In this document: positions 47,851-60,699 of the stretch, one piece after another
How positions within the stretch are numbered: position 1 is the first letter of the stretch
How the letters are laid out: every line of letters starts with the position of its first letter
Source: Nemertoderma westbladi
Lineage: Eukaryota > Animalia > Xenacoelomorpha
Direction: 5' to 3'
DNA: 64,000 nucleotides
NCBI GenBank assembly: GCA_032718475.1
Contig: JAUCBJ010009031.1
Span: forward strand, 80,960 to 144,959
Program-made: the position numbers and the translations under genes
Notes under the pieces: model-generated
Told to the model about the DNA's origin: nothing
What the model saw: the letters and a program-made list of their open reading frames with translations, nothing else
Databases searched by the model: none

Positions 47851-49230
47851 GTTTAGCTATACAGTTGAATGCTTACTGCTATAGTTACAGTTAAAGCAAG
47901 TCTAGTAATTCAGTATGACCGTTGGCCTAGTAATTAATTACCTATACTGCTACTCAGTGTAGCGGGATATATATATAATATGATATATTAGAATACCGGT
48001 ATGCTTATAGTATATATAAATTTTATTACAGACTAGGTTTGTCACAGAATACCGGTATATAATTTTAGCACAAATATATATAAATATATAATAGGCCTAT
48101 CGTGAATGCCGGTATACAGCCTACACTTATAGTATATATAAGTATAATTCTGGACTAGAATTAATTGCAGAATACCGGTATAATTTCAGCCTAAATTTAT
48201 AGAAATAAAGATAATAGGCCTATCGTAAATACCGGTATATCAATTATTTAAATAATTGAATTTCTGAATTTTAAGGATTACTTGGTTACTTTAACTTACT
48301 TTATTACCGTTATTTAAGCAGTAGTCCAACTGATATTGAGACCTAATTGTTGTATGGCAGGCCTACTATTTATAAATCGTTTGAGTTGATTTATAATATA
48401 TATATACCCGTTTAAAATGGGTTTTGTCAATATTTGAAATAAATGTTATTATTTCTGGGGGAGTCACTACACAGAAGCTGTGCGCTCTCAGTGAAGTGCT
48501 ACTTGTTGGACACTAAAACAAATAATTCTAATTTACCTAAGTTACTTAATACTACAAATTACGTACGATACGGGTGAGATTAATTCTCTAACTAAACACA
48601 ACAAAATATTACGTACGAAATTTTAGGGTAATTTTACAGGGAAACTACAAACCAGTCTAACAAAGGGTTAGAACTTCTGGTTATTACAACAGACAGAATA
48701 CTACGGTATTTGAAAATAATAAGTAGTAGTAAATATATTTCGCTGTCCAGATAGGAAAAATACCACCGTCTGACGACCTATAGCCGTATCGCTATAGGTA
48801 CTACGTTATGTATCACGGAGTGTTCCTACCTGGAAGTTAATTACCGCGGACTACCAGATCCAACGTGCCTATTAACCACTTTACAACACAATACACTGCC
48901 TACACACTAATTACTTTCGGAAAGCACTGTACACCAGACCCTAAATTAGGTACAAGTACTTATTAAAACAGATAACTAGCAGTTAAATATACTTGAACAG
49001 TTAAAAGAACCACGGCATCTGCTGGAGTGACCGGAGCACAAAGTCACCAGTCTTTACCTACGCCAAGCAGCCCGTGTAGTACCGGGGTTAATTTAACTAT
49101 AACGGTATGTGTAACAAGCACAATTACTGTATGAATAAACTTGGGGACATGAATGTTGCGAATAATCGCATAAACTCTGAATAATAAATATTACGCTACC
49201 CGTACAGAATACTCAAACAAAATACAAACC

Positions 49231-49760
49231 AAACGCTGGCAGACTACCATCAAGCCTAAATAAACTACAGTATGTGCAGATTCCAAAATGGTTAGTTAGT
49301 ATGCGTTCTAACACGGTAGTACGACTTATTCTTTAGGAGGGGGTTGACCTTACAACTCAAGATGCCCCAACTTACTAACTGGCACTTTATCGGACAGACT
49401 CTACACACGCCGCAATCTCTCCAGACCCAACAACAGCCAGACAACAATCCAGCCTACAAAATATCTGAGTAATACTATTACGGTACCTGAACAGACCACA
49501 CAAACAAACACAGGCTAAAACGCTGGTAGACTACTATCAAGCCTAAATAAACTACAGTATATGCAGATTCCAAAATGGTTAGTTAGTATGCGTTCTAACA
49601 CGGTAGTACGACTTATTCTTTAGGAGGGGGTTGACCTTACAACTCAAGATGCCCCAACTTACTAACTGGCACTTTATCGGACAGACTCTACACACGCCGC
49701 AATCTCTCCACACCCAACAACAGTCAGACAACAGTCCAGCCCACAATTATCTGAACAATC
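49231..49760. repeat. Tandem duplication (period about 287 bp) in the BEL-2 leader
   Basis: AAACGCTGGYAGACTAC... at 49231 and 49518. Confidence 0.9.
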
Positions 49761-49946
49761 TGAGCAGACTTACACGTCTTCTGCTCAATATTAACTTACA
49801 TGTAAATAAAACCGACAGAAATAAGTAAAATCTCAATAAAAAACCAGGGCGGCCGTTCCCTGATTAAGTACTAAGACCTACCGGTATACAATAATCAAAA
49901 TCGAATAATATTAATGTACTTATACTGGAAGTACCGGTTAGGATGG

Positions 49947-50165
49947 TTGGGCCTACAGACCTACAGCAGTACCGATTCTGGCAGTTGGGCCTACGGACCT
50001 ACAGCAGTACCGATTCTGGCAGTTGGGCCTACGGACCTACAGCAGTACCGATTCTGGCAGTTGGGCCTACGGACCTACAGCAGTACCGATTCTGGCAGTT
50101 GGGCCTACAGACCTACAGCAGTACCGATTCTGGCAGTTGGGCCTACGGACCTACAGCAGTACCGG
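49947..50165. repeat. 38-bp minisatellite (about 6 copies) in the BEL-2 leader
   Basis: Unit GTTGGGCCTACGGACCTACAGCAGTACCGATTCTGGCA. Confidence 0.93.
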
Positions 50166-50233
50166 TTCAGGTTTACCGGTCGACCGGTACTTTCAACTTT
50201 ATTGCTTACTGCAATAAAGAAAATAACTGTTAT

Positions 50234-51415
50234 TGTACGCGCTTTTGAAGACCTTTAGCAGTTTAACCTGCCAAAATTTATATGTCTTTTGGTTTATAAA
50301 TAGACTTTAACATATGACAAGTATTTAATACCAATAAACACAACATTAGCCGAAGCCAGCCTAGTGCGCGTCCATTCACCCGCTGGATATACCCGGGAGA
50401 CTGGATTCGGAGGGCTTAGATTTTATTGCAGTGTAAGCTTACTGTATTATTCGATTGATCGTTAATAAATAATTTCTGACAAATATTATTCACTTTTGGG
50501 AAATATTAACAGTTCCTTTAGGACGTGGCGCTCTATCTAGGTAAACAGAGATATGACTTATACTAAACACAACGGTAAGAAGGTAAGGCTTATGATTCAC
50601 GTATGAGGCGCATTCTTTAGGAAATGCTTAGTTATCAGCCACAATCATGCACACTACCGGTACCGCACAATACTGCACACTAATCTGCCGACCGTCAATG
50701 AATTTTATCATACATAAAGAGAACAGCAATGGACTCATGTAGTGCCTATCAAATAGCATTAAATTCACTACAAACCACGATAACATAAGTCGCAATCGCT
50801 ATATGTAACCTGTCTCTCTAACCTGTAGTGTATCAAGAAAATTGGGAAATTTGGGTTATTTATCGATGTTCTCCAAGTAATAATATTCAACCAACTGATA
50901 CAAATAATAACAACAGTAAAAAGCATTAAGACGGTAGGTTAAGATTATAACAATGTAAGATTGTACCGCTGGACCGCTGATAAGACTGTTAACAGTTATA
51001 CGCTCTATAATCTAAGCCTACTAATGTTTCTTCTAAAGTCTGAAACGAATTGACTCTAGAGCCGGTGTTCTTGGCCTAGATAGAAACAACAAAACTATAA
51101 CTCTAAGACTGAACACGCCTAGTACGATCTGTAGAATATCTCCACATCTAAAGTAAAAATCGCTCTGATTGGCTGTTAAGCTGAACAAAGAACCATGTGT
51201 CCAACGGCCGTTTCCATGCCAGCAACCAGCTGTTAGATGTCGTAATCTGAATCATCAAGGCTACACTGTGCTAGAGGATTTGACGCATTGCGGGTTTTGT
51301 ATCTTGCCATGTCCTCCAAAGCACACATATAGAAAAACAACTTTTATGTCCGTTAAAACACCCACACGGTACTTTGCGGGCAAGGGGACTGATTATATCC
51401 GCAAAAGCTTTTACA
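50234..51415 (-). repeat. BEL-2 5' LTR
   Basis: 1182 bp; the only difference I noticed from the 3' LTR is 51291 C versus 36807 T. Confidence 0.96.
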
Positions 51416-54400
51416 GTCCCACATGCTCTAATTGTACCAAGTCATTAGGTCCCGTGGGCTCTAATTGTACCGAATCATTAGGTCCCGCGGGACCTTATTG
51501 TACTGAGTCATCAGGTCACGCAGACTTTAATTGTACCGAGTCATTAGGTCCCGCGGGACCTTATTGTACCGAGTCATTAGGTCCCACGGGCTCTAATTGT
51601 ACCGAGTCATTAGGTCCCGCGGGACCTTATTGTACCGAGTCATTAGGTCCTGCAGGCTCTAATTGTACCGAGTCATTAGGTCCCGCGGGACCTTATTGTA
51701 CCGAGTCATTAGGTCCCGCAGGCTCTAATTGTACCGAGTCATTAGGTCCCGTGGGACCGTATTGTACCGAGTCATTAGGTCCAGCAGGCTCTAATTGTAC
51801 TGGGACCTTATTGTACCGAGTCATTAGGTCCCGCAGGACCTTATTGTACCGAGTCATTAGGTCCCACAGGCTCTAATTGTACTGAGTCATTAGGTCCCAT
51901 GGGACCTTATTGTACTGAGTCATTAGGTCCCATGGGTTCTAATTGTACCGAGTCATTAGGTCCCACGGGCTCTAATTGTACCGAGTCATTAGGTCCCGCG
52001 GGACCTTATTGTACCGAGTCATTAGGTCCTGCAGGCTCTAATTGTACCGAGTCATTAGGTCCCGCGGGACCTTATTGTACTGCATCATTAGGTCCCACAG
52101 GCTCTAATTGCACCAACTCATTAGGTCCTGCGGGACCTTATTGTACCGAGTCATTAGGTCCCGCAGCCTCTAATTGTACCGAGTCATTAGGTCCCACGGG
52201 CTCTAATTGTACCGAGTCATTAGGTCCCGCGGGACCTTATTGTACCGAGTCATTAGGTCCTGCAGGCTCTAATTGTACCGAGTCATTAGGTCCCGCGGGA
52301 CCTTATTTTACCGAGTCATTAGGTCCCGCAGGCTCTAATTGTACCGAGTCATTAGGTCCCGTGGGACCGTATTGTACCGAGTCATTAGGTCCCGCAGGCT
52401 CTAATTGTACCGAGTCATTAGGTCCCGCGGGACCTTATTGTACTGAGTCATTAGGTCCCGCGGGACCTTATTGTACCGAGTCATTAGGTCTCTCGGACTC
52501 TAATTGTATAGAGTCATTAGGTCCCGCAGGCTCTAATTGTACCAAGTCAATAGGTCCCGCCGGACCTTATTGTACCGAGTCATTAGGTCCCGCGGGACCT
52601 TATTGTACCGAGTCATTAGGTCCCTCGGACTCTAATTGTATAGAGTCATTAGGTCCCACGGGCTCTAATTGTACCAAGTCATTAGGTCTCGCTGGACCTT
52701 ATTGTACCGAGTCATTAGGTCCCGCGGGACCTTATTGTACCGAGTCATTAGGTCCCTTGGACACTAATTGTATAGAGTCATTAGGTCCCACGGGCTCTAA
52801 TTGTACCACGTCATTAGGTCCCGTGGGCTCTAATTGTACCGAATCATTAGGTCCCGCGGGACCTTATTGTACTGAGTCATCAGGTCCCACGGCACCTTAT
52901 TGTACTGAGTCATTAGGTCCCATGGGTCCTTATTGTACCGAGTCATTAGGTCCCGCGTTACCTTATTGTACCGAGTCATTAGGTCCCTCGGACTCTAATT
53001 GTATAGAGTCATTAGGTCCCACATGCCCTAATTGTACCAAGTCATTAGGTCCCGTGGGCTCTAATTGTACCGAATCATTAGGTCCCGCGGGACCTTATTG
53101 TACTGAGTCATCAGGTCACGCAGACTTTAATTGTACCGAGTCATTAGGTCCCGCGGGACCTTATTGTACCGAGTCATTAGGTCCCACGGGCTCTAATTGT
53201 ACCGAGTCATTAGGTCTCGCAGGACCTTATTGTACCGAGTCATTAGGTCCCGCGGGCTCTAATTGTACCGAGTCATTAGGTCCCGCAGGCTCTAATTGTA
53301 CCGAGTCATTAGGTCCCGTGGGACCGTATTGTACCGAGTCATTAGGTCCCGCGGGACCTTATTGTACCGAGTCATTAGGTCCCACAGGCTCTAATTGTAC
53401 TGAGTCATTAGGTCCCGTGGGACCGTATTGTACCGAGTCATTAGGTCCCGCGGGACCTTATTGTACCGAGTCATTAGGTCCAGCAGGCTCTAATTGTACT
53501 GGGACCTTATTGTACCGAGTCATTAGGTCCCGCAGGACCTTATTGTACCGAGTCATTAGGTCCCACAGGCTCTAATTGTACTGAGTCATTAGGTCCCATG
53601 GGACCTTATTGTACTGAGTCATTAGGTCCCATGGGTTCTAATTGTACCGAGTCATTAGGTCCCACGGGCTCTAATTGTACCGAGTCATTAGGTCCCGCGG
53701 GACCTTATTGTACCGAGTCATTAGGTCCTGCAGGCTCTAATTGTACCGAGTCATTAGGACCCGCGGGACCTTATTGTACTGCATCATTACGTCCCACAGG
53801 CTCTAATTGTACCAAGTCATTAGGTCCTGTGGGACCTTATTGTACCGAGTCATTAGGTCCTGCGGGACCTTATTGTACCGAGTCATTAGGTCCTGCGGGA
53901 CCTTATTGTACCGAGTCATTAGGTCCTGCGGGACCTTATTGTACCGAGTCATTAGGTCCTGCGGGACCTTATTGTACCGAGTCATTAGGTCCCGCAGCCT
54001 CTAATTGTACCGAGTCATTAGGTCCCACGGGCTCTAATTGTACCGAGTCATTAGGTCCCGCAGGCTCTAATTGTACTAAGTCATTAGGTCCCGCGGGACC
54101 TTATTGTACCGAGTCATTAGGTCCCGCGGGACCTTATTGTACTGAGTCATTAGGTCCTGCAGGCTCTAATTGTACCGAGTCATTAGGTCCCGCGGGACCT
54201 TATTGTACCGAGTCATTAGGTCCCGCAGGCTCTAATTGTACCGAGTCATTAGGTCCCGTGGGACCGTATTGTACCGAGTCATTAGGTCCAGCAGGCTCTA
54301 ATTGTACTGGTACCTTATTGTACCGAGTCATTAGGTCCCGCGGGACCTTATTGTACAGAGTCATTAGGTCCCACCGGCTCTAATTGTACTGAGTCATTAG

Positions 54401-57400
54401 GTCCCACGGGACCTTATTGTACCGAGTCATTAGGTCCCGTGGGACCGTATTGTACCGAGTCATTAGGTCCAGCAGGCTCTAATTGTACTGGTACCTTATT
54501 GTACCGAGTCATTAGGTCCCGCGGGACCTTTTTGTACCGAGTCATTAGGTCCCACGGGCTCTAATTGTACCGAGTCATTAGGTCCCGCGGGACCTTATTG
54601 TACCGAGTCATTAGGTCCCGCAGGCTCTAATTGTACCGAGTCATTAGGTCCCGTGGGACCGTATTGTACCGAGTCATTAGGTCCAGCAGGCTCTAATTGT
54701 ACTGGTACCTTATTGTACCGAGTCATTAGGTCCCGCGGGACCTTATTGTACAGAGTCATTAGGTCCCACCGGCTCTAATTGTACTGAGTCATTAGGTCCC
54801 ACGGGACCTTATTGTACCGAGTCATTAGGTCCCGTGGGACCGTATTGTACCGAGTCATTAGGTCCAGCAGGCTCTAATTGTACTGGTACCTTATTGTACC
54901 GAGTCATTAGGTCCCGCGGGACCTTATTGTACCGAGTCATTAGGTCCCACGGGCTCTAATTGTACCGAGTCATTAGGTCCTGCGGGACCTTATTGTACCG
55001 AGTCATTAGGTCCCACGGGCTCTAATTGTACCGAGTCATTAGGTCCTGCGGGACCTTATTGTACCGAGTCATTAGGTCCCGCGGGCTCTAATTGTACCGA
55101 GTCATTAGGTCCCGCGGGACCTTATTGTACCGAGTCATTAGGTCCCACGGGACCTTATTGTACCGAGTCATTAGGACCCGCAGGCTCTAATTGCACCGAG
55201 TCATTAGGTCCCGCGGGACCTTATTGTACTGAGTCATTAGGTCCCGCGGGCTCTAATTGTACCGATTCATTAGGTCCCGCGGGACCTTATTGTACCGAGT
55301 CATTAGGTCCCACGGGACCTTATTGTACCGAGTCATTAGGTCCCGCAGCCTCTAATTGTACCGAGTCATTAGGTCCAGCAGGCTCTAATTGTACCGAGTC
55401 ATTAGGTCCCGCGGGACCTTATTGTACTGAGTCATTAGGTCCCGTGGGCTCTAATTGTACCGAGTCATTAGGTCCTGCGGGACCTTATTGTACCGAGTCA
55501 TTAGGTCCCGCAGCCTCTAATTGTACCGAGTCATTAGGTCCTGCGGGACCTTATTGTACCGAGTCATTAGGTCCCGCAGCCTCTAATTGTACCGAGTCAT
55601 TAGGTCCTGCGGGACCTTATTGTACCGAGTCATTAGGTCCCACGGGACCTTATTGTACCGAGTCATTAGGTCCCGCAGCCTCTAATTGTACCGAGTCATT
55701 AGGACCCGCAGGCTCTAATTGCACCGAGTCATTAGGTCCCGCGGGACCTTATTGTACTGAGTCATTAGGTCCCGCGGGCTCTAATTGTACCGATTCATTA
55801 GGTCCCGCGGGACCTTATTGTACCGACTCATTAGGTCCCGCGGGACCTTATTGTACTGAGTCATTAGGTCCCGTGGGCTCTAATTGTACCGAGTCATTAG
55901 GTCCTGCGGGACCTTATTGTACCGAGTCATTAGGTCCCGCAGCCTCTAATTGTACCGAGTCATTAGGTCCAGCAGGCTCTAATTGTACCGAGTCATTAGG
56001 TCCCGCGGGACCTTATTGTACTGAGTCATTAGGTCCCGTGGGCTCTAATTGTACCGAGTCATTAGGTCCTGCGGGACCTTATTGTACCGAGTCATTAGGT
56101 CCCGCAGCCTCTAATTGTACCGAGTCATTAGGTCCAGCAGGCTCTAATTGTACCGAGTCATTAGGTCCCGCGGGACCTTATTGTACTGAGTCATTAGGTC
56201 CCGTGGGCTCTAATTGTACCGAGTCATTAGGTCCTGCGGGACCTTATTGTACCGAGTCATTAGGTCCCGCAGCCTCTAATTGTACCGAGTCATTAGGTCC
56301 AGCAGGCTCTAATTGTACCGACTCATTAGGTCCCGCGGGACCTTATTGTACTGAGTCATTAGGTCCCGTGGGCTCTAATTGTACCGAGTCATTAGGTCCT
56401 GCGGGACCTTATTGTACCGAGTCATTAGGTCCCGCGGGACCTTATTGTACCGAGTCATTAGGTCCCGCAGCCTCTAATTGTACCGAGTCATTAGGTCCCG
56501 CGGGACCTTATTGTACCGACTCATTAGGTCCCATAGGCTCTAATTGTACTGGGACCTTATTGTACCGAGTCATTAGGTCCCGCAGGCTCTAATTGCACCG
56601 AGTCATTAGGTCCCGCGGGACCTTATTGTACAGAGTCATTAGGTCCCTCGGACTCTAATTGTACCGATTCATTAGGTCCCGCGGGACCTTATTGTACCGA
56701 CTCATTAGGTCCCGCAGGCTCTAATTGTACCGAGTCATTAGGTCCAGCAGGCTCTAATTGTACCGAGTCATTAGGTCCCGCGGGACCTTATTGTACTGAG
56801 TCATTAGGTCCCGTGGGCTCTAATTGTACCGAGTCATTAGGTCCTGCGGGACCTTATTGTACCGAGTCATTAGGTCCCGCAGCCTCTAATTGTACCGAGT
56901 CATTAGGTCCAGCAGGCTCTAATTGTACCGACTCATTAGGTCCCGCGGGACCTTATTGTACTGAGTCATTAGGTCCCGTGGGCTCTAATTGTACCGAGTC
57001 ATTAGGTCCTGCGGGACCTTATTGTACCGAGTCATTAGGTCCCGCGGGACCTTATTGTACCGAGTCATTAGGTCCCGCAGCCTCTAATTGTACCGAGTCA
57101 TTAGGTCCCGCGGGACCTTATTGTACCGACTCATTAGGTCCCATAGGCTCTAATTGTACTGGGACCTTATTGTACCGAGTCATTAGGTCCCTCGGACTCT
57201 AATTGTACCGATTCATTAGGTCCCGCGGGACCTTATTGTACAGAGTCATTAGGTCCCTCGGACTCTAATTGTACCGATTCATTAGGTCCCGCGGGACCTT
57301 ATTGTACCGACTCATTAGGTCCCACAGGCTCTAATTGTACCGACTCATTAGGTCCCGCGGGACCTTATTGTACTGAGTCATTAGGTCCCGCGGGACCTTA

Positions 57401-57525
57401 TTGTACCGAGTCATTAGGTCCCGCGGGACCTTATTGTACCGATTCATTAGGTCCCGCGGGACCTTATTGTACCGAGTCATTAGGTCCCGCGGGCTCTAAT
57501 GACTCTGTACAATTAGATCCCGCAG
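51416..57525. repeat. 33-bp palindromic satellite C, right arm (about 185 copies)
   Basis: Same monomers, resuming in register after the TSD; ends in an inverted partial monomer at about 57497-57516. Confidence 0.97.
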
Positions 57526-57747
57526 GTTTACAAATATAATTGAACAAACTGGGAAGAAAAATTGAAAAAAATTACATTCGAATTAAACAAATAAAATTAA
57601 CAATTTTAACATTAATATTAATTATTATTAACATTATTATTAAAATTAAACAAATGCAATTACCAATTAATGTATATAACTAACTATATGTAAATTAGAA
57701 AATTAGTTTGATGCATTATAATGAGGCAAATACTTCGCCTTTGTTAA

Positions 57748-59170
57748 CCCTATTACCACTGGGGGGGGGGGGGCCGAATCGGCCCCTTCCTAGTTTTTAG
57801 TTGCTGTAACTATGCAACCACATTACGTACCGGCCCAATTTTTTGTGAGAGTTAGCAAAATTTAATGCCGCATCTTTTGCAAAAAACGCCGTTGCAATTG
57901 GATTTCTACTTTTGGATGTGGGTGCCACCTCAAAATTTGGTCTCCAGCACCAAATTTTTTGAAATTTTCGAATTTTACAAAGTCATTCGTGATTTAGTAA
58001 TTATTTATGTTTGGGCTATTTTTATTTATTTTTATTGGTTTGGATCACTCTAATGCTCTATACAAGTATGTAAGTGTAATGGTACGTCATTTTTGGTGCA
58101 CCAAAATTATGGCGTGGCACTTCAAATTTTGAAAAATAAGAGATTCGGAAAATACACTAAAGTTTTGATTTGCAAAGCATTTTTATAGGTTTTCTGGAGC
58201 GCTGTATCGATTGAAAGTAATATAGAAGCCTGAAGACTTAGTGGTTCGCCATTTTTGGTGCACCAAAATTAGGGCGTGGCACTTCAAATTTTGAAAAATA
58301 CGAGATTCGGAAAATTCACTAAAGTTTTGATTTCAAATTAATTTTATAGGTTTTCTGGAGCGCTGAATCGATTGAAAGTAATATAGAAGCCTCAAATCCT
58401 TTGTGTACATAATTTTCGGTGCACCAAAATTAGGGCGTGGCACTTCAAATTTTCAAAATTACTTTATTCGGAAAAAACACTAAAGTTTTGATTTCACAAA
58501 ATGGCTAACTTCTAAGTCTTCAGGCTTCTATATTACTTTCAATCGATTCAGCGGTCTGGAAAACCTATATAAATTCGTTAAAATTTCAATTTTGGTTTAT
58601 TTTCCGAATCTCGTATTTTTCAAAATTTGAAGTGCCACGCCCTAATTTTGGTGCACCAAAAATGGCGAACCACTCAGTCTTCATGCTTCTATATTACTTT
58701 CAATCGATTCAGCGGCCCAGAAAACCCTTAAAGATGCGTTGAAATAAAAAAATTAGGGGCATTTTCTGAATATCGAATTTTTCAAAATTTGAAGTGCCAC
58801 GCCCACTTCTTAGGTGCACGAAAAATAGCATCCACTTCAATTTTTGGAAGTGGAATATAATCACATTCGATTCAGCGTCTTGAAAAACCTACTAAATCTA
58901 GCCAACACTGCCACACTATTAGTTTTTAGAAAACGAAAAATTTTGTAATTTTGTCCTGGGACTACTTTTATTTTTCATCAAAATTATGAGTCCCTGCTTA
59001 TGAAATTTTAATTTTTTAAGGTTTGGTAGTGTTCATCTATAGTTGTTTCACCAACAGCCCAAATTTTGTAGGATTTCATTGGAAGACTACAAAAATATAG
59101 TGGGTGGGCCGAATCGGCCCCCCCCCCCCCCAGTGGTGCTAATGGTCAAAACACCCCAGTGGTAATAGGG
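57748..59170. mobile_element. Non-autonomous piggyBac-type element with internal foldback repeats
   Basis: TTAA TSD (57744-57747 and 59171-59174); 17-bp TIR CCCTATTACCACTGGGG; subterminal GGGCCGAATCGGCCC; ~167-bp internal repeats in two opposed blocks. Confidence 0.9.
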
Positions 59171-59344
59171 TTAAAGTATAAGAGTTTATACTGTGTCGCT
59201 GGTAGGTGAGGAAGTGGCAGCCATTGTTAACGTACTGTGTCGCTGGTACGTGAGGAAGTCGGCCGTGGTGGAACTGTAGGACTAAATGTCTCGGTACAAT
59301 TAGGTCCAGCAGGACCTAATGGCTCGCGGCACCTAATGACCTCC

Positions 59345-60211
59345 TACAAGGCTTTCCTTCCTACAGGCATGGAAGGTCTAGGCTTAAGCAAGGCAACTTC
59401 CCATGCCCCGCCGTATATGTGGCATCTGTCTCCAGGCTGGGCCCCTTGTATACCGAATCCTCTCCCACATCCCTGACAACCCCCAACCTGCGCTCACATC
59501 GCTGTCCCTTCTGGCCAATGAGCCAGAATGGGCCATCATCTCCACTCTGCCCGCCTCTGTCACTCAGCGGAAGCTCTCACACTCCGCGGACTCCGCCTCT
59601 TCTTGGAGTATTGTCTTGGTGTCCGCATGGCTTCAGGTCCTTCATCCCCACCTGCTCTACCACTTCAGACCCATTTGGGGACCACCACGTTGGCTGTGGC
59701 GGCGAGGGAGACAGGATCACCTGCCATAACTCACTCAGGAATGCTATATTCCAAGCAGCCCAATGAGCTGCACTAGCGCCCCGGAGTGAAATCCCTGGCT
59801 TTATCTCTGGCTCACGTAGTCGCCCTGTTGACGTGACCCATGGCCCTGGACATCACCATTATCTCCCCTCTCCAATTCCGTACCATCTCCCAACCCGCCA
59901 CCACACCTGGACATGCACTCTCAATTGCTTGGGAGCGAAAACTTGCAGCGAAAACTTGTAGGAGAGCCGCAACTCATGTGCGGGATTCACCCCCCTTGTT
60001 GTGGAGGCTTTGGGAGGATGGGATTCCCACTCCAATGCCATTTCTGCACCCTGCCTGTCTGCAGTGCCTGCGCCGTGGCATTCCCGTGTCCGTGTCCGAC
60101 TCAGACAAGCACTTATTTCAACACTTGTTTGTGTCCTTGAGGCGTGGGAATGCCGCAATGTGTTTCCGCAGAAGCTTAATTTTCCCTCAATTTGTGGATG
60201 GAATCCAGTGA
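59345..60211 (+). pseudogene. Decayed C-terminal fragment of an RLE-type (CRE-like) non-LTR retrotransposon
   Basis: Frameshifted DPFGDHHVGC...CHNSLRN, SRPVDV, ALDITIISPL, AWERK and PLVVEALGGW: zinc knuckle plus restriction-like endonuclease pattern. Confidence 0.7.
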
Positions 60212-60699
60212 GGTGAGTCTCCCAGCCATGCGAACACCATGACTTACTTATTTCGTTAATTCTGCTTTATTAATTTTGTTAATTTGATTTATTATTAGTT
60301 TATCAATTAGGTACTGTCCTACATATTATTCACACATAACCAACCAATAAATTATGTAATTAATGATTTATTGAATATAAATGGTATATTTGATACACTA
60401 ACTTAATGATAACCGTGGGCAACCAATAATAATGTTTATATTACCACACTGCCCATTAAAACACTGTATGTTGTTACCTCGTCTATTACACAAGTAGGTA
60501 GATAATCTTAACATTAAGCCAAATTTCAACGATGCCAGGAAATAAATAATTTGTTTTTCTACTAATTTAAATTATATAAAAAATAATTATTAATCTTAGC
60601 CAAATTAAACCAATGCGAAACCACCCTAACGAACCATATATAACGAGATTCGAGACACATCTATTCGGTAATTCTAACGGTAAACGATCACTTCCTCAA

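Larger units (their letters stand above)
35750..51415 (-). mobile_element. BEL/Pao LTR retrotransposon (BEL-2), non-autonomous (protease and RT deleted), with an accessory exonuclease-like ORF
   Basis: Two near-identical 1182-bp LTRs with TG...CA ends; TSD GTCCC (35745-35749 and 51416-51420); Gag, RNase H and integrase on the minus strand. Confidence 0.96.

Noticed and set aside
51169-57202. GPYCTESLGPA-repeat ORFs (also 34463-35764) resembling a Cys/Gly-Pro repeat protein
   Set aside because: A 33-bp monomer is 11 codons, so one frame stays open; the frame shifts at 20-bp partial units and there is no unique coding flank.
34250-57525. CRISPR-like look of the 33-bp palindromic repeat
   Set aside because: Head-to-tail monomers with no unique spacers, no cas genes and a eukaryotic context.
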